Assembly (NCBI GenBank): GCA_048938445.1
Contig: JBHLME010000066.1
Span: 1-23,848 of the forward strand
Length of the DNA: 23,848 bases
From: Promethearchaeota archaeon
GTDB lineage: Archaea; Asgardarchaeota; Lokiarchaeia; Sigyniarchaeales; SOKP01
Direction of reading: 5' to 3'
Made by a program: the position numbers and the translations under genes. Under the pieces are notes generated by a model. That model had not been told where the DNA came from. It saw only the letters and a list, made by a program, of their open reading frames with translations, and ran no database searches. Of the stretch, positions 1 to 8,675 are shown one piece after another (position 1 is the first letter of the stretch; each line of letters begins with the position of its first letter).

Positions 1-511
1 ACCATACAAATTCTTTACCATCTTGAATTAAAGGAGTTCCACCAATATTCTTTCCTGTTTGAAGATCAATCTTATATTCCATAAATAGTTCATATAATTG
101 AGAATGTATGTCTTTTGTAGGTAATGGTAAATATTCCTTGATCTTTTCAGTAATGGTAGATACAGAAACAAAATCTCCAAAACGTTTTTCCATTGAACTA
201 TAAACTACTTTTAATATTCTAAGAAATTGATCTTCTGAAACATCAGCATCTTTTTTCTTCTTTTTTTTTATTTTTTCTGTATTTTCTAAATTAGTAAGAC
301 GATAATCTATTTTGGAGAATCTTCTGAATATCTTCTGAATGTTAACTTGAATTTCATTTAAAATAGTTGATGCTGAAAATAATTTTGCATTAATTCTTTG
401 AATTTCTTCATCTGATTGAGTTATTCTCCATTTTAAATAAGGAATTGATAGATCATGATAGACCTTTCCAGTTTCATTTTCAAATTCTACTTGATCTTCT
501 CTTGAAGTCAT
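1..511 (-). CDS. Hypothetical protein with predicted N-terminal coiled coil, Lys-rich linker and C-terminal winged-helix-like domain (3' end runs off the window)
   Basis: Not in the ORF track because it is truncated. Hand translation from ATG at 511 gives 170 open codons: MTSREDQVEFENETGK...EEIQRINAKLFSASTILNEIQVNIQKIFRRFSKIDYRLTNLENTEKIKKKKKKDADVSEDQFLRILKVVYSSMEKRFGDFVSVSTITEKIKEYLPLPTKDIHSQLYELFMEYKIDLQTGKNIGGTPLIQDGKEFVW. The fold is inferred from the pattern only. Confidence 0.8.
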   Translation of the reverse strand, partial: MTSREDQVEFENETGKVYHDLSIPYLKWRITQSDEEIQRINAKLFSASTILNEIQVNIQKIFRRFSKIDYRLTNLENTEKIKKKKKKDADVSEDQFLRILKVVYSSMEKRFGDFVSVSTITEKIKEYLPLPTKDIHSQLYELFMEYKIDLQTGKNIGGTPLIQDGKEFVW

Positions 512-758
512 TTCATTGAATTTAATTTTTTTATCTCCTTAATTTTAATATATCTTACTTCTATTTAACTATTGTGTTTGATTGGCTTCATTCTTATTCG
601 GAATGAGTGATATGGTCGTATGTATCGTCCCTAGAGGTCCCGACAAAAATAAAAAGGAATGTAGAAGAATAAGAAATAAATTTTTATAGTAAATTCTAAT
701 ATTGAATTTTATACCAATATCATTCAGTAAAGATTTGAGATTCTCATTTATATAAACA

Positions 759-1688
759 ATGATAGATTTGAACTTAATTACCCCGGACAATATAATAAGA
801 GGATTAGCTCTTGGAGTTAATTTATTAAAGTATAGAATAAAAAAAATTCCCTATGCTGTAAATTATGATTTAACTTGGCAATGTAATCTTCGATGTAAAC
901 ATTGCTATTTTTTTTCATCTGCAAATGAAGTTGAAAAAATTAAAAAAAAAGAATTATCAGATGAAGAATGGATAAAAATCTTTAATTATCATAAAAATCT
1001 CGGTATATTTAGTTGCTCTCTTACTGGAGGAGAACCCACTCTAAGAATGAATCTCCTATATGAAGCCGTGAAAATCTTTCCCTCAGTCCAAATTGCTTCA
1101 AATGGTATTATTAAATTACCTCCATTTAAAAATTCAATTAAAGAGCCTATTTATTGGGTGAGTATAGATGGTACTGAACAAATTCATAATATGATTCGTG
1201 GAGCAAACATATATGAAAAAGTCATGAATAATATTCAAAATGATAAACGAGTATTAATCTCAATGACAATAAATACTATTAACTATAAAGATATTGAAGA
1301 TACTTTGAAAGAAGTTTATAGTTCAGGCGTTTCAGGATTATTCTTTTTATTCCATACAAGTTATAACAATGATCCTCTTTTATTGAAAGGAGAAAAATTA
1401 AGAACTGCTGCGAAAAATATTTTAAAAGTAATGAAAGATTATGGAGATTTTATATTAATTTCTAAAAAGATGCTTGAACTTTACATTACTAAGGAATTTG
1501 TTCCTCATTGCATTTTAAAAAAGAATGATATAATTAGTTATTATCCAAATGGTAAAAAGAAATTTTGTGTAATGGGTAATTCGGAGTTGCTGTGTGAAAA
1601 TTGTGGTTGTATTGTCCCTGTTGCTTCTTATGCTCTTTCTAAATTTGACTCAGAAACAGTTGACAAGTTAAAAAAATTTCCATTTTGA
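759..1688 (+). CDS. Radical SAM protein with C-terminal Cys-rich auxiliary Fe-S region
   Basis: CxxxCxxC motif (CNLRCKHC), TGGEP, VSIDG...HNMIRG, and C-terminal C...CVMG...CENCGC. Confidence 0.93.
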   Translation: MIDLNLITPDNIIRGLALGVNLLKYRIKKIPYAVNYDLTWQCNLRCKHCYFFSSANEVEKIKKKELSDEEWIKIFNYHKNLGIFSCSLTGGEPTLRMNLLYEAVKIFPSVQIASNGIIKLPPFKNSIKEPIYWVSIDGTEQIHNMIRGANIYEKVMNNIQNDKRVLISMTINTINYKDIEDTLKEVYSSGVSGLFFLFHTSYNNDPLLLKGEKLRTAAKNILKVMKDYGDFILISKKMLELYITKEFVPHCILKKNDIISYYPNGKKKFCVMGNSELLCENCGCIVPVASYALSKFDSETVDKLKKFPF

Positions 1689-1694
1689 AGTTCC

Positions 1695-2069
1695 TCATAT
1701 ATTAGTAGATTTAAGAGACAATTTCTCAAAAAGAGGAGGAAGCATCTTCTTATATTCATCGTTATTAATGTGCTCTAAAATTTCAATAGCACCTTTCTCA
1801 AAAATTTCTTCATAATCTTCAGCATTTTCGAGCAAATTTAATACCAATATAACGTAATAATTTAATTCCACTCCTGAATAATAAGTAACGATATTTATAT
1901 CTTTTACATTTAAAGTGGTCATTCCAGCCTCCTTACTAAATCCATGTAGATTTAATAGATGCATGAAAGTCTTACCTGTAATAAATAATTCCTTATTTTC
2001 TGGATATTGGGCCTTTTTTTCTAGAGCAGTTTTTTCTTCCCATTTCATTACCATTAAACCAAGAGGCAT
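1695..2069 (-). CDS. Stand-alone longin/uDENN-like small protein (Asgard-type)
   Basis: 124 aa. N-terminal MPLGLMVMKWEEKTALEKKAQYP follows the hydrophobic strand-W/F-turn-YP pattern of uDENN/longin domains. It is followed by a helix, three strands (MTTLNV, INIVTYY, YYVILVL) and two C-terminal helices. Confidence 0.6.
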   Translation of the reverse strand: MPLGLMVMKWEEKTALEKKAQYPENKELFITGKTFMHLLNLHGFSKEAGMTTLNVKDINIVTYYSGVELNYYVILVLNLLENAEDYEEIFEKGAIEILEHINNDEYKKMLPPLFEKLSLKSTNI

Positions 2070-2237
2070 TGTAAAATCATTTATTGTTATTTAAAGTGAA
2101 TCTAATACTGATATTAATTTTCTATATAACTTTTGAGTTTTTATATATAAAAATAATAGCTAATTTTAATTATAAGTAATTCTTAGTGTTGAAATAATTA
2201 ACTTTTTAATTAAAACTTTCAGTAAAAGTTGAAAATA

Positions 2238-2822
2238 ATGTCAGATTTAAAATTTGAAGTAACTTATTTCGAGAAAGGAGGTCCACAAAATACTGACCAA
2301 GTCTTAGTTATTGCAAAAAAATATGCGGAACAATTGAAAATTAAAGATATCGTGTTAGCGAGTACAACTGGTACAGTCGCAGAAAAAGTTCTTGAATATT
2401 TTGATCCTAATGAATATAACCTTGTTATAATTACTCATGCATATTATTTCACCGGAAGCAAATTAAGGCAAGAATTTCCTGAGGATAAATTAGAAATATT
2501 GAGGAGTAAAGGTCTTAAATTACATTCTAGCACCCATGCAATGAGTGGAATAGAAAGGGGGATAAGAATAAATAAAGAAGCATGGCAATTTGTCGATTTA
2601 TTAGCAAAAATGATTGGATGGCAATTTTGTCAAGGTGTAAAAGTATGCATTGAAATAGCCTGTACGACATGTGATGCTGGTTTAATTCCAGACTTAGAAA
2701 GAGATATTATTTGCGTGGGAGGTACAGGAAGAGGGGCTGACACTGTATGTTTGATAAAACCGGCACCTACAAGTGAATTCAAGAATTTGAGAGTCAAAGC
2801 GATTTTATGTAAACCCTTATAA
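2238..2822 (+). CDS. Pyruvate kinase alpha/beta (PK_C) domain-containing protein, COG1751/MTH1675-like
   Basis: Motifs YFEKGGPQNT, IVLASTTG, HAMSGIERG, QGVKVCIEI...DAGLI and GGTGRGADT. ATG at 2238 is preferred to TTG at 2229. Confidence 0.88.
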   Translation: MSDLKFEVTYFEKGGPQNTDQVLVIAKKYAEQLKIKDIVLASTTGTVAEKVLEYFDPNEYNLVIITHAYYFTGSKLRQEFPEDKLEILRSKGLKLHSSTHAMSGIERGIRINKEAWQFVDLLAKMIGWQFCQGVKVCIEIACTTCDAGLIPDLERDIICVGGTGRGADTVCLIKPAPTSEFKNLRVKAILCKPL

Positions 2823-2840
2823 ATTTATATAATAAAAAAT

Positions 2841-2845
2841 GGTGA
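2841..2845 (+). promoter_or_regulatory. Shine-Dalgarno-like ribosome binding site (GGTGA)
   Basis: GGTGA lies 9 nt upstream of the ATG at 2855. Confidence 0.55.
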
Positions 2846-2854
2846 AATGTTCTC

Positions 2855-4075
2855 ATGAATGGAGAATTAATCAAAGAGATCCAAGAAATAAGAAAATCCT
2901 TTGGAAATTTGATTCATTATACACTTTTAAGCAAAAGCCATACATTTTCAAGAATGTGTAATAATGAAGTTTATTTAAAATTAGAAAATCTCCAAAGGAC
3001 GGGATCATTTAAAATAAGAGGAGCCTATAATAAAATCTCTAAATTAACTAAGGATCAAAAGAAAAATGGAATCATTACAGCATCAGCTGGAAATCACGGT
3101 CAAGCTGTAGCTTTTGTCTCAGGAATTTTTAATATAAAGTCAATTGTGGTCGTTCCTGAAGGAGCACCGATTGTCAAAATCGAAGCGATAAAAAATTATA
3201 ATCTAGATGGGGAAGTAATTGAATTTGGCTCTTCTTATGATGAAGCTTACAAAGAAGCATTAAAAATCTCGAAGAAGAGAAATTTAACCTTTATTCATGC
3301 TTATGATGACATTGAAGTAATAAAGGGACAAGGTACGATTGCTGTTGAAATTATGGAACAATTACCTGATGTTGAATATATCTTCTGCCCAATAGGAGGG
3401 GGTGGTTTGATTAGTGGGATTAGTTCCTATTGTAAAGAGATCAATCCCTCCGTTAAAATAATAGGTGTTGAATCTGAAAATGCGAGATCAATGCAAGAGT
3501 CTTTTATAAAGAATGAAATTGCGATAATTCCTTCAAATACAACAATATGCGATGGAATTGCGGTTAAAAAGCCTGGTAATTTAACGTTCGAAATTATAAA
3601 AGAAAGAGTAGATGATATTATTCTCGTGTCTGATGAAGAAGTGGCAAATTCAATACTCTTATTAATGGAAAGAGCTAAATTTTTTGTTGAAGGAGCTGGA
3701 GCTGCAGCTTTGGCGGCAGTTTTAAATAATAAAGTTCAAATTAAGGATAAAAAAATTGTTGTTATTCTCTCTGGAGGAAATTTAACACCAAATCTGATAA
3801 GTAGGATAATTTCCAAAGGTTTGATTAAAGAAGGTCGTCTATTAAAATTCAAATTAACCATTCTGGATAGACCTGGAGAACTATTGAAAATCTTGAACAT
3901 AATTGCTCAACAAAAGGGAAATATCATATCAATAATCCATGATAGAGAACGATTGGAGTTAGAATATCAAAAAAGTGAAGTAATTATTGAATTAGAAACA
4001 AGGAATTTCGGACATATCAACCAAATCATATCAAAGTTAAAGGAACAATTTAAAATTGAAATTTTAGCATTTTGA
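2855..4075 (+). CDS. ilvA: Threonine ammonia-lyase (PLP-dependent) with C-terminal ACT domain
   Basis: KLENLQRTGSFKIRGA (PLP lysine), ASAGNHGQ, GQGTIA, PIGGGGLISG, EGAGAAALAA, LSGGN, and ACT domain LDRPGEL. Confidence 0.95.
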   Translation: MNGELIKEIQEIRKSFGNLIHYTLLSKSHTFSRMCNNEVYLKLENLQRTGSFKIRGAYNKISKLTKDQKKNGIITASAGNHGQAVAFVSGIFNIKSIVVVPEGAPIVKIEAIKNYNLDGEVIEFGSSYDEAYKEALKISKKRNLTFIHAYDDIEVIKGQGTIAVEIMEQLPDVEYIFCPIGGGGLISGISSYCKEINPSVKIIGVESENARSMQESFIKNEIAIIPSNTTICDGIAVKKPGNLTFEIIKERVDDIILVSDEEVANSILLLMERAKFFVEGAGAAALAAVLNNKVQIKDKKIVVILSGGNLTPNLISRIISKGLIKEGRLLKFKLTILDRPGELLKILNIIAQQKGNIISIIHDRERLELEYQKSEVIIELETRNFGHINQIISKLKEQFKIEILAF

Positions 4076-4077
4076 AT

Positions 4078-4545
4078 ATGATTAAAATGAGAAAAAAAGA
4101 AAAAGAAATTGTTGATAAGGAATTACTTGAAAAAATAATAAGACGAGCTAAAGTATGTAGAATAGCAATGTCATTAAATGAAATTCCTTATGTAATCCCT
4201 GTTAATTATGGATATAAGGATAACTATTTATACATACATTCTGCTAGAGAAGGCAAGAAATTAGATATTCTCAAGCAAAATAATAATGTTTGTGTTGAAA
4301 TGGAAATAATTAATGAGATCATTAAAGCAGATCAACCATGCAAATGGTCAATGAAATATCAAAGCATGATAGGTTTTGGAAAAGCGGAGATTATTGATAA
4401 TATAGAAGAAAAAATTGAAGCATTAAATATCCTAATGGATCATTATTCCCCAGGTCAAGTTCATAAATTTCAAGAAAGATTAATTGAAAAGATAGTCATT
4501 ATTAAGATTCACTTGGAAAATATAACTGGAAAGCAATCTATTTAG
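4078..4545 (+). CDS. Pyridoxamine 5'-phosphate oxidase-like / NimA-family flavin-binding protein
   Basis: MRKKEKEI, CRIAM...PYVIPVNY, LYIHSAREGKKLDIL, YQSMIGFGKA and ITGK. The start may be 4072 (TTG), 4078 or 4087. It abuts ilvA, suggesting an operon. Confidence 0.9.
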   Translation: MIKMRKKEKEIVDKELLEKIIRRAKVCRIAMSLNEIPYVIPVNYGYKDNYLYIHSAREGKKLDILKQNNNVCVEMEIINEIIKADQPCKWSMKYQSMIGFGKAEIIDNIEEKIEALNILMDHYSPGQVHKFQERLIEKIVIIKIHLENITGKQSI

Positions 4546-5332
4546 ACCTAACCTCTTTCAAAACGAAATAATCCCTGTTAGAGCAATTAACAGTTATACC
4601 CGTAATAAATCCTATTTTTCCTTGGAAGGATGCTTTTTCTCTCTTTAAGAATTCATCTATCATTATTGAAATTTTTTCCGAGATTAAATCATGGTTAATC
4701 ATTGTTAATTTAATGATCTGCGAGTTTACATCATCCATAGCAAGAATGTTATTTAATTGATCGGGATATTCATTTATCAATGCGTCGTGAAGGATAACTC
4801 TGGTAGGATCTAAATTTTTATCTTCATAAGCTATGTTAAAGTTATCTATATTTCTTGTTTGCTTTAATGCACTTAAAAAGCCCATCATTGCTCCACAACA
4901 TCCTGTAGGACTTTCTTGACATGATCTTACAAGTCTCCCATAATAAAAATCTTGCTTTTTAATCATTCCTATATGTGGGCTAATGAAGAAAATCAAATTT
5001 CCTTTCCGTATTTGCTGAGATTCCGTACAAATTATATCTGGAACATGGTGACTTGCGGCTATAATACCCGATACACCTCCAACAGGGTATCCCGCTAAAC
5101 CTCCTAAATGAAATTCTCTACCATATGTTTTAGTTAGAGCTTTTTCTATTGTCTCTCTTTCTGCCAATCTATTGCAATCATCTGAACAAACACTAAAAAC
5201 AAGCCGGGAATTCTCACTATTATATTCACTAGGATCGAGAGTCTTTTTAATTTCTTCAATAAATTCTCCTACATTTAAAACTTGCCCCCAATCTCTAAAA
5301 CCAAATTCAATTTTATCTTTATATTCTTGCAT
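4538..5332 (-). CDS. LCIB/LCIC-family (theta-type) carbonic anhydrase-like protein
   Basis: Family motifs SVCSDD, FHLGGLAGYP.GG.SG..AASHHVPD, SPHIG, GRLVR and CCGA. The putative Zn ligands Cys/His/Cys plus Asp and Arg are present. Confidence 0.82.
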   Translation of the reverse strand: MQEYKDKIEFGFRDWGQVLNVGEFIEEIKKTLDPSEYNSENSRLVFSVCSDDCNRLAERETIEKALTKTYGREFHLGGLAGYPVGGVSGIIAASHHVPDIICTESQQIRKGNLIFFISPHIGMIKKQDFYYGRLVRSCQESPTGCCGAMMGFLSALKQTRNIDNFNIAYEDKNLDPTRVILHDALINEYPDQLNNILAMDDVNSQIIKLTMINHDLISEKISIMIDEFLKREKASFQGKIGFITGITVNCSNRDYFVLKEVRSK

Positions 5333-5488
5333 TATTAACCATTAATAAAAATATATTATTTTAAATATGTTAATTTTAATAAAAGAAAGATAAATAATAT
5401 TTTCTTCTACTTGAAGTTAAAAAGACTTTAAACAATCCTTAAGATTACATTTCATTTTGAAATTATCTTTTAGGTTTTTAATTTTACA

Positions 5489-6391
5489 TTATTTATAGAC
5501 TTGAATGGATTTCCGTTTATATGGCTTGTTTTGTTTGAAAGCATCAATTATGCCGTTCATTCTCCCTTTAATTAAATTCTTAAAAAACAATGAAGTATCT
5601 GTTAAAATGTAAAATGCCTCATCTTTAATTGCTCCAAATACGATATCACCCGCTATATCAGGGGAAAGGCCTGATTCCCACATGGACATAAATAGTTTAG
5701 CGAATTGTTCAGCTTCAGGATTTATTCTAATAAAGTTTTGTATAGCAGTATTAGTATCAACATCAGGAACAGGTACATTTTCTGGAGCATTTCTTATAGA
5801 ATTCATAACATTGGTTTTTACAAAACCAGGACAAAGCACAGACACTTTAATTTTTGAATTCATTGAAGAAAGTTCGGTATTTAATACCTCGGAAAGAGCA
5901 ACAACTCCAAACTTAGTCATTGAGTAAATTCCTTGATAATTTGTTGCAAGGAGTCCCGCCATAGATGATGTATTTACAATATGACAGTCTTCGTCTTGTT
6001 CAAGCATGATTGGAACAAATATTCGAATTCCATGTATAACACCCCATAAATTTACATTCATAACCCATTCCCATTCTGCCAGAGAAGCCTCCCAAAGTAA
6101 TCCAGAAAATCCAACACCAGCATTATTACATAGTAAATTGACTTTACCAAAATTATAAATAGTTTCCTGTGCTAAATTCCTTATATCACTTTCCTTTGAA
6201 ACATCTGTTACTACTGACAGTACATTATCTCCTGATTCTTTTAAGAGTTCTTTAGCTGAAGCTAATGCTTTTTCTTCAATATCGGCAATAACAACTTTCA
6301 TACCCTCATTTACAGCTCTTTTAGCAATACCTAATCCTATACCACTTGCTGCGCCAGTGATAACAGCAACTTTATCCTCAAAATCCTGCAA
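5489..6391 (-). CDS. Short-chain dehydrogenase/reductase (classical SDR)
   Basis: TGAASGIG, NNAGV, NTSS, catalytic YSMTK and CPGFV. TTG start is preceded by AAGGATGGT. Confidence 0.95.
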   Translation of the reverse strand: MQDFEDKVAVITGAASGIGLGIAKRAVNEGMKVVIADIEEKALASAKELLKESGDNVLSVVTDVSKESDIRNLAQETIYNFGKVNLLCNNAGVGFSGLLWEASLAEWEWVMNVNLWGVIHGIRIFVPIMLEQDEDCHIVNTSSMAGLLATNYQGIYSMTKFGVVALSEVLNTELSSMNSKIKVSVLCPGFVKTNVMNSIRNAPENVPVPDVDTNTAIQNFIRINPEAEQFAKLFMSMWESGLSPDIAGDIVFGAIKDEAFYILTDTSLFFKNLIKGRMNGIIDAFKQNKPYKRKSIQVYK

Positions 6392-6710
6392 TTTTTTTTA
6401 CCATCCTTTTTAATTTAAAATGTTATATTGAATTCTAATAAAAATTGATATCATAATATTTAACATTTTTGTCAAAAAGATTGATTTCTTTTATGATTCT
6501 TACAATTGGTTAGTTCCAAATAATTGTCATATTTAGATCACACAATTAAAAAAATTATTGGTCTTTAAATCATAATTGATAGAATTCATATCTTTAAAAG
6601 CTTCAAACTTAAACTTAAAATATAATATTATTTTCTATTTTTTAACAATAAATTATAATCATCAAGATCATTCTTTATTATAAGAGAAATTAAAATTCTG
6701 GAAAAAGACT

Positions 6711-7481
6711 ATGAAAATCATATTTCATGAGAAATATTATAATAGTAATTACGCTATGGATCCCGCTGCGGCTTCTGGTCGTTTAGATGGGATTATAGAT
6801 GTCTTGCAAAAGCGTCGAGAATATGAATTTTTAACACCTTCACCTGCTACTGAAGAAGATATTTTAAGAGTTCATACAGAAAATCACCTTGCTTATATTA
6901 AAAGAGATTCTTTATTGTATGAATTATCGGCTTTAGCAGCAGGGGGGGCAATTCTAGCCGCTGAGGAAGCATTTAATGGTAATCCTTCTTTTGCAGTTAT
7001 TAGACCACCAGGACACCATGCCTCAGCAGATTCATGTTGGGGATTTTGTTATTTTAATAATATAAGTATCAGTTTATTGAAGTTATATTCGGAGAAAAAG
7101 ATTAAATCCGCGTTCGTTTTAGATTTTGATTTACACACAGGGGATGGTAATATTAATATCTTGACAAGCCGGAATGATGATTTTGATGTAAAAATATTAA
7201 ATCCTGATTCATATAGTCGAAAAGAATATATAATGGAAGTAGAAAACTATATGCAGGGTTTAAAAAATATTGATATTTTTGTTGCTAGTGCGGGTTTTGA
7301 CCAGGGAGTAGATGATTGGGGAAATTTGTTAACACCGAAAGATTACACTGAACTGGGGCGTCTCATGAAAAAATATTCCAAAAAGCTTTGTAATGGGAGG
7401 CGTTATGCCCTACTTGAAGGTGGTTATAATCATGACGTTATAGGTAAAAATGCTGGTGCTTTTTGTCAGGGTTTTAACTAA
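6711..7481 (+). CDS. Histone deacetylase family (Zn-dependent deacetylase, AcuC/HdaI-like), compact form
   Basis: RPPGHHA, GFCYFNN, DFDLHTGDG, SAGFD and LEGGY. Confidence 0.93.
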   Translation: MKIIFHEKYYNSNYAMDPAAASGRLDGIIDVLQKRREYEFLTPSPATEEDILRVHTENHLAYIKRDSLLYELSALAAGGAILAAEEAFNGNPSFAVIRPPGHHASADSCWGFCYFNNISISLLKLYSEKKIKSAFVLDFDLHTGDGNINILTSRNDDFDVKILNPDSYSRKEYIMEVENYMQGLKNIDIFVASAGFDQGVDDWGNLLTPKDYTELGRLMKKYSKKLCNGRRYALLEGGYNHDVIGKNAGAFCQGFN

Positions 7482-7482
7482 T

Positions 7483-8607
7483 TTATTCTTTATCGTTCAC
7501 TATCTTATTATATATAATTAATAATAATATTCCTATTAAAAATCCAATTAATACATTGAACATAAAACAAAAAATAGCTGAAATCAAAATGATCGGAAAT
7601 TTCTTTTTATTAAAATCTTTAAATGAGACTTTTCCCAATAAAATTGCTGTATAAAAAAGCATCGCACCTAAAATTGCTTGTGGAAAATTAGTAAAAAGCA
7701 TTAGTATTGATTGAGAAAAGAATAGTCCAAAGATAATCTCCATTAAACCTTCCAATATCATTGACCCACCAGTCCTTGCACCGAATGCATATTGTGCTGC
7801 AAGACCCCCAGAGCCATGACATAAAGGAATTCCTCCAAAAAATGGATTGACTAAATTTATTAGACCCATATTAAAAGAAAGAGAGTTTGCATCTACTTTA
7901 CTTTCTGGAAATAAATCCCTTATCAATGCAACCGTGGCAATCATTACATTTGTCAAAGTCAAAAATAATTGAGCAAATCCTGCTAATACCATCCCAATTA
8001 CTAAATTTATAAAATCTGGAATATAAAAATCAATTCGAGGGATGTTAAAAATTAAATTAGATAATGATACTTGTCCGTTAATAAAAACGAGAAAAATTCC
8101 TAAAAACATGAGTATAATTGCTGAAGGAACGTGTTTACTTTTCATTAATAGTAAAATAATTCCAATGGCAATAAATCCAAGTATTAAATTATCCAAGAGT
8201 AATAATATTGAAGCCCATCCTAATATGAAGGCTAAACCCAATTGAATCCCTCGCACTGAAATTATAGGCACCTTTTTTACTATTGCATTTAATTTTTTTG
8301 AGAATCCTAAAACAGTCCAAACGATCCCCGTCCCAAAACCCGTCGATATTACCAAGGTAGGCGTCCAGTTATTAGCTAATGCCACCGTTCCAATAGTTTT
8401 TTGAGGTTGAACTGGCAGTGGCAAGTTGTATCTGATACCTAAAACGATATTCGTGATGCCTAAACAAAGAAACATACCTGCAGGATTTAGACCAACTATT
8501 GAGATGTATCCAATCATAAAAGGAATTAAAGTGCCCCAATCTCCAAGAGAACCACCAAATTCCCTTATTGAAAACTTTCTAAACTTCTTTCCTTGAATTT
8601 CTTCCAT
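7483..8607 (-). CDS. MOT1-family molybdate/tungstate (oxyanion) transporter
   Basis: Multi-TM protein with E.GGSLGDWGT, PLPVQPQK, RGIQLGL and GGIPLCHGSGGLAAQYAFGART, typical of the MOT1 family. Confidence 0.9.
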   Translation of the reverse strand: MEEIQGKKFRKFSIREFGGSLGDWGTLIPFMIGYISIVGLNPAGMFLCLGITNIVLGIRYNLPLPVQPQKTIGTVALANNWTPTLVISTGFGTGIVWTVLGFSKKLNAIVKKVPIISVRGIQLGLAFILGWASILLLLDNLILGFIAIGIILLLMKSKHVPSAIILMFLGIFLVFINGQVSLSNLIFNIPRIDFYIPDFINLVIGMVLAGFAQLFLTLTNVMIATVALIRDLFPESKVDANSLSFNMGLINLVNPFFGGIPLCHGSGGLAAQYAFGARTGGSMILEGLMEIIFGLFFSQSILMLFTNFPQAILGAMLFYTAILLGKVSFKDFNKKKFPIILISAIFCFMFNVLIGFLIGILLLIIYNKIVNDKE

Positions 8608-8664
8608 GATTTAGATAACAGGAATTATATTTATCTATTATAGTCAAAAAATAAAAAATATTGT

Positions 8665-8673
8665 AAAAAAAAA
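8665..8673 (-). terminator. Oligo-T tract, possible archaeal terminator after the DUF362 gene
   Basis: T9 on the minus strand begins 2 nt after the stop at 8676, followed by further T runs. Confidence 0.35.
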
Positions 8674-8675
8674 GA

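Noticed and set aside
603-645. Possible eukaryote-like SECIS element (ATGA followed by a stem)
   Set aside because: Stem length and apical AA do not fit, and no in-frame TGA selenoprotein candidate was seen nearby.
569-790. 73-aa minus-strand ORF
   Set aside because: It overlaps the radical SAM start, spans a divergent promoter region and has AT-driven composition, so it is probably spurious.
4538-4545. Overlapping or near-abutting convergent gene ends (also 1688/1695 and 7481/7483)
   Set aside because: This is common in compact archaeal genomes and is not evidence of antisense regulation on its own.
6389-6404. Out-of-frame ATG 13 nt upstream of the SDR TTG start, separated by an A8 run (possible slippage or indel)
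   Set aside because: TTG with an upstream AAGGATGGT at normal spacing explains initiation and the SDR domain is complete. A homopolymer error cannot be excluded without reads.
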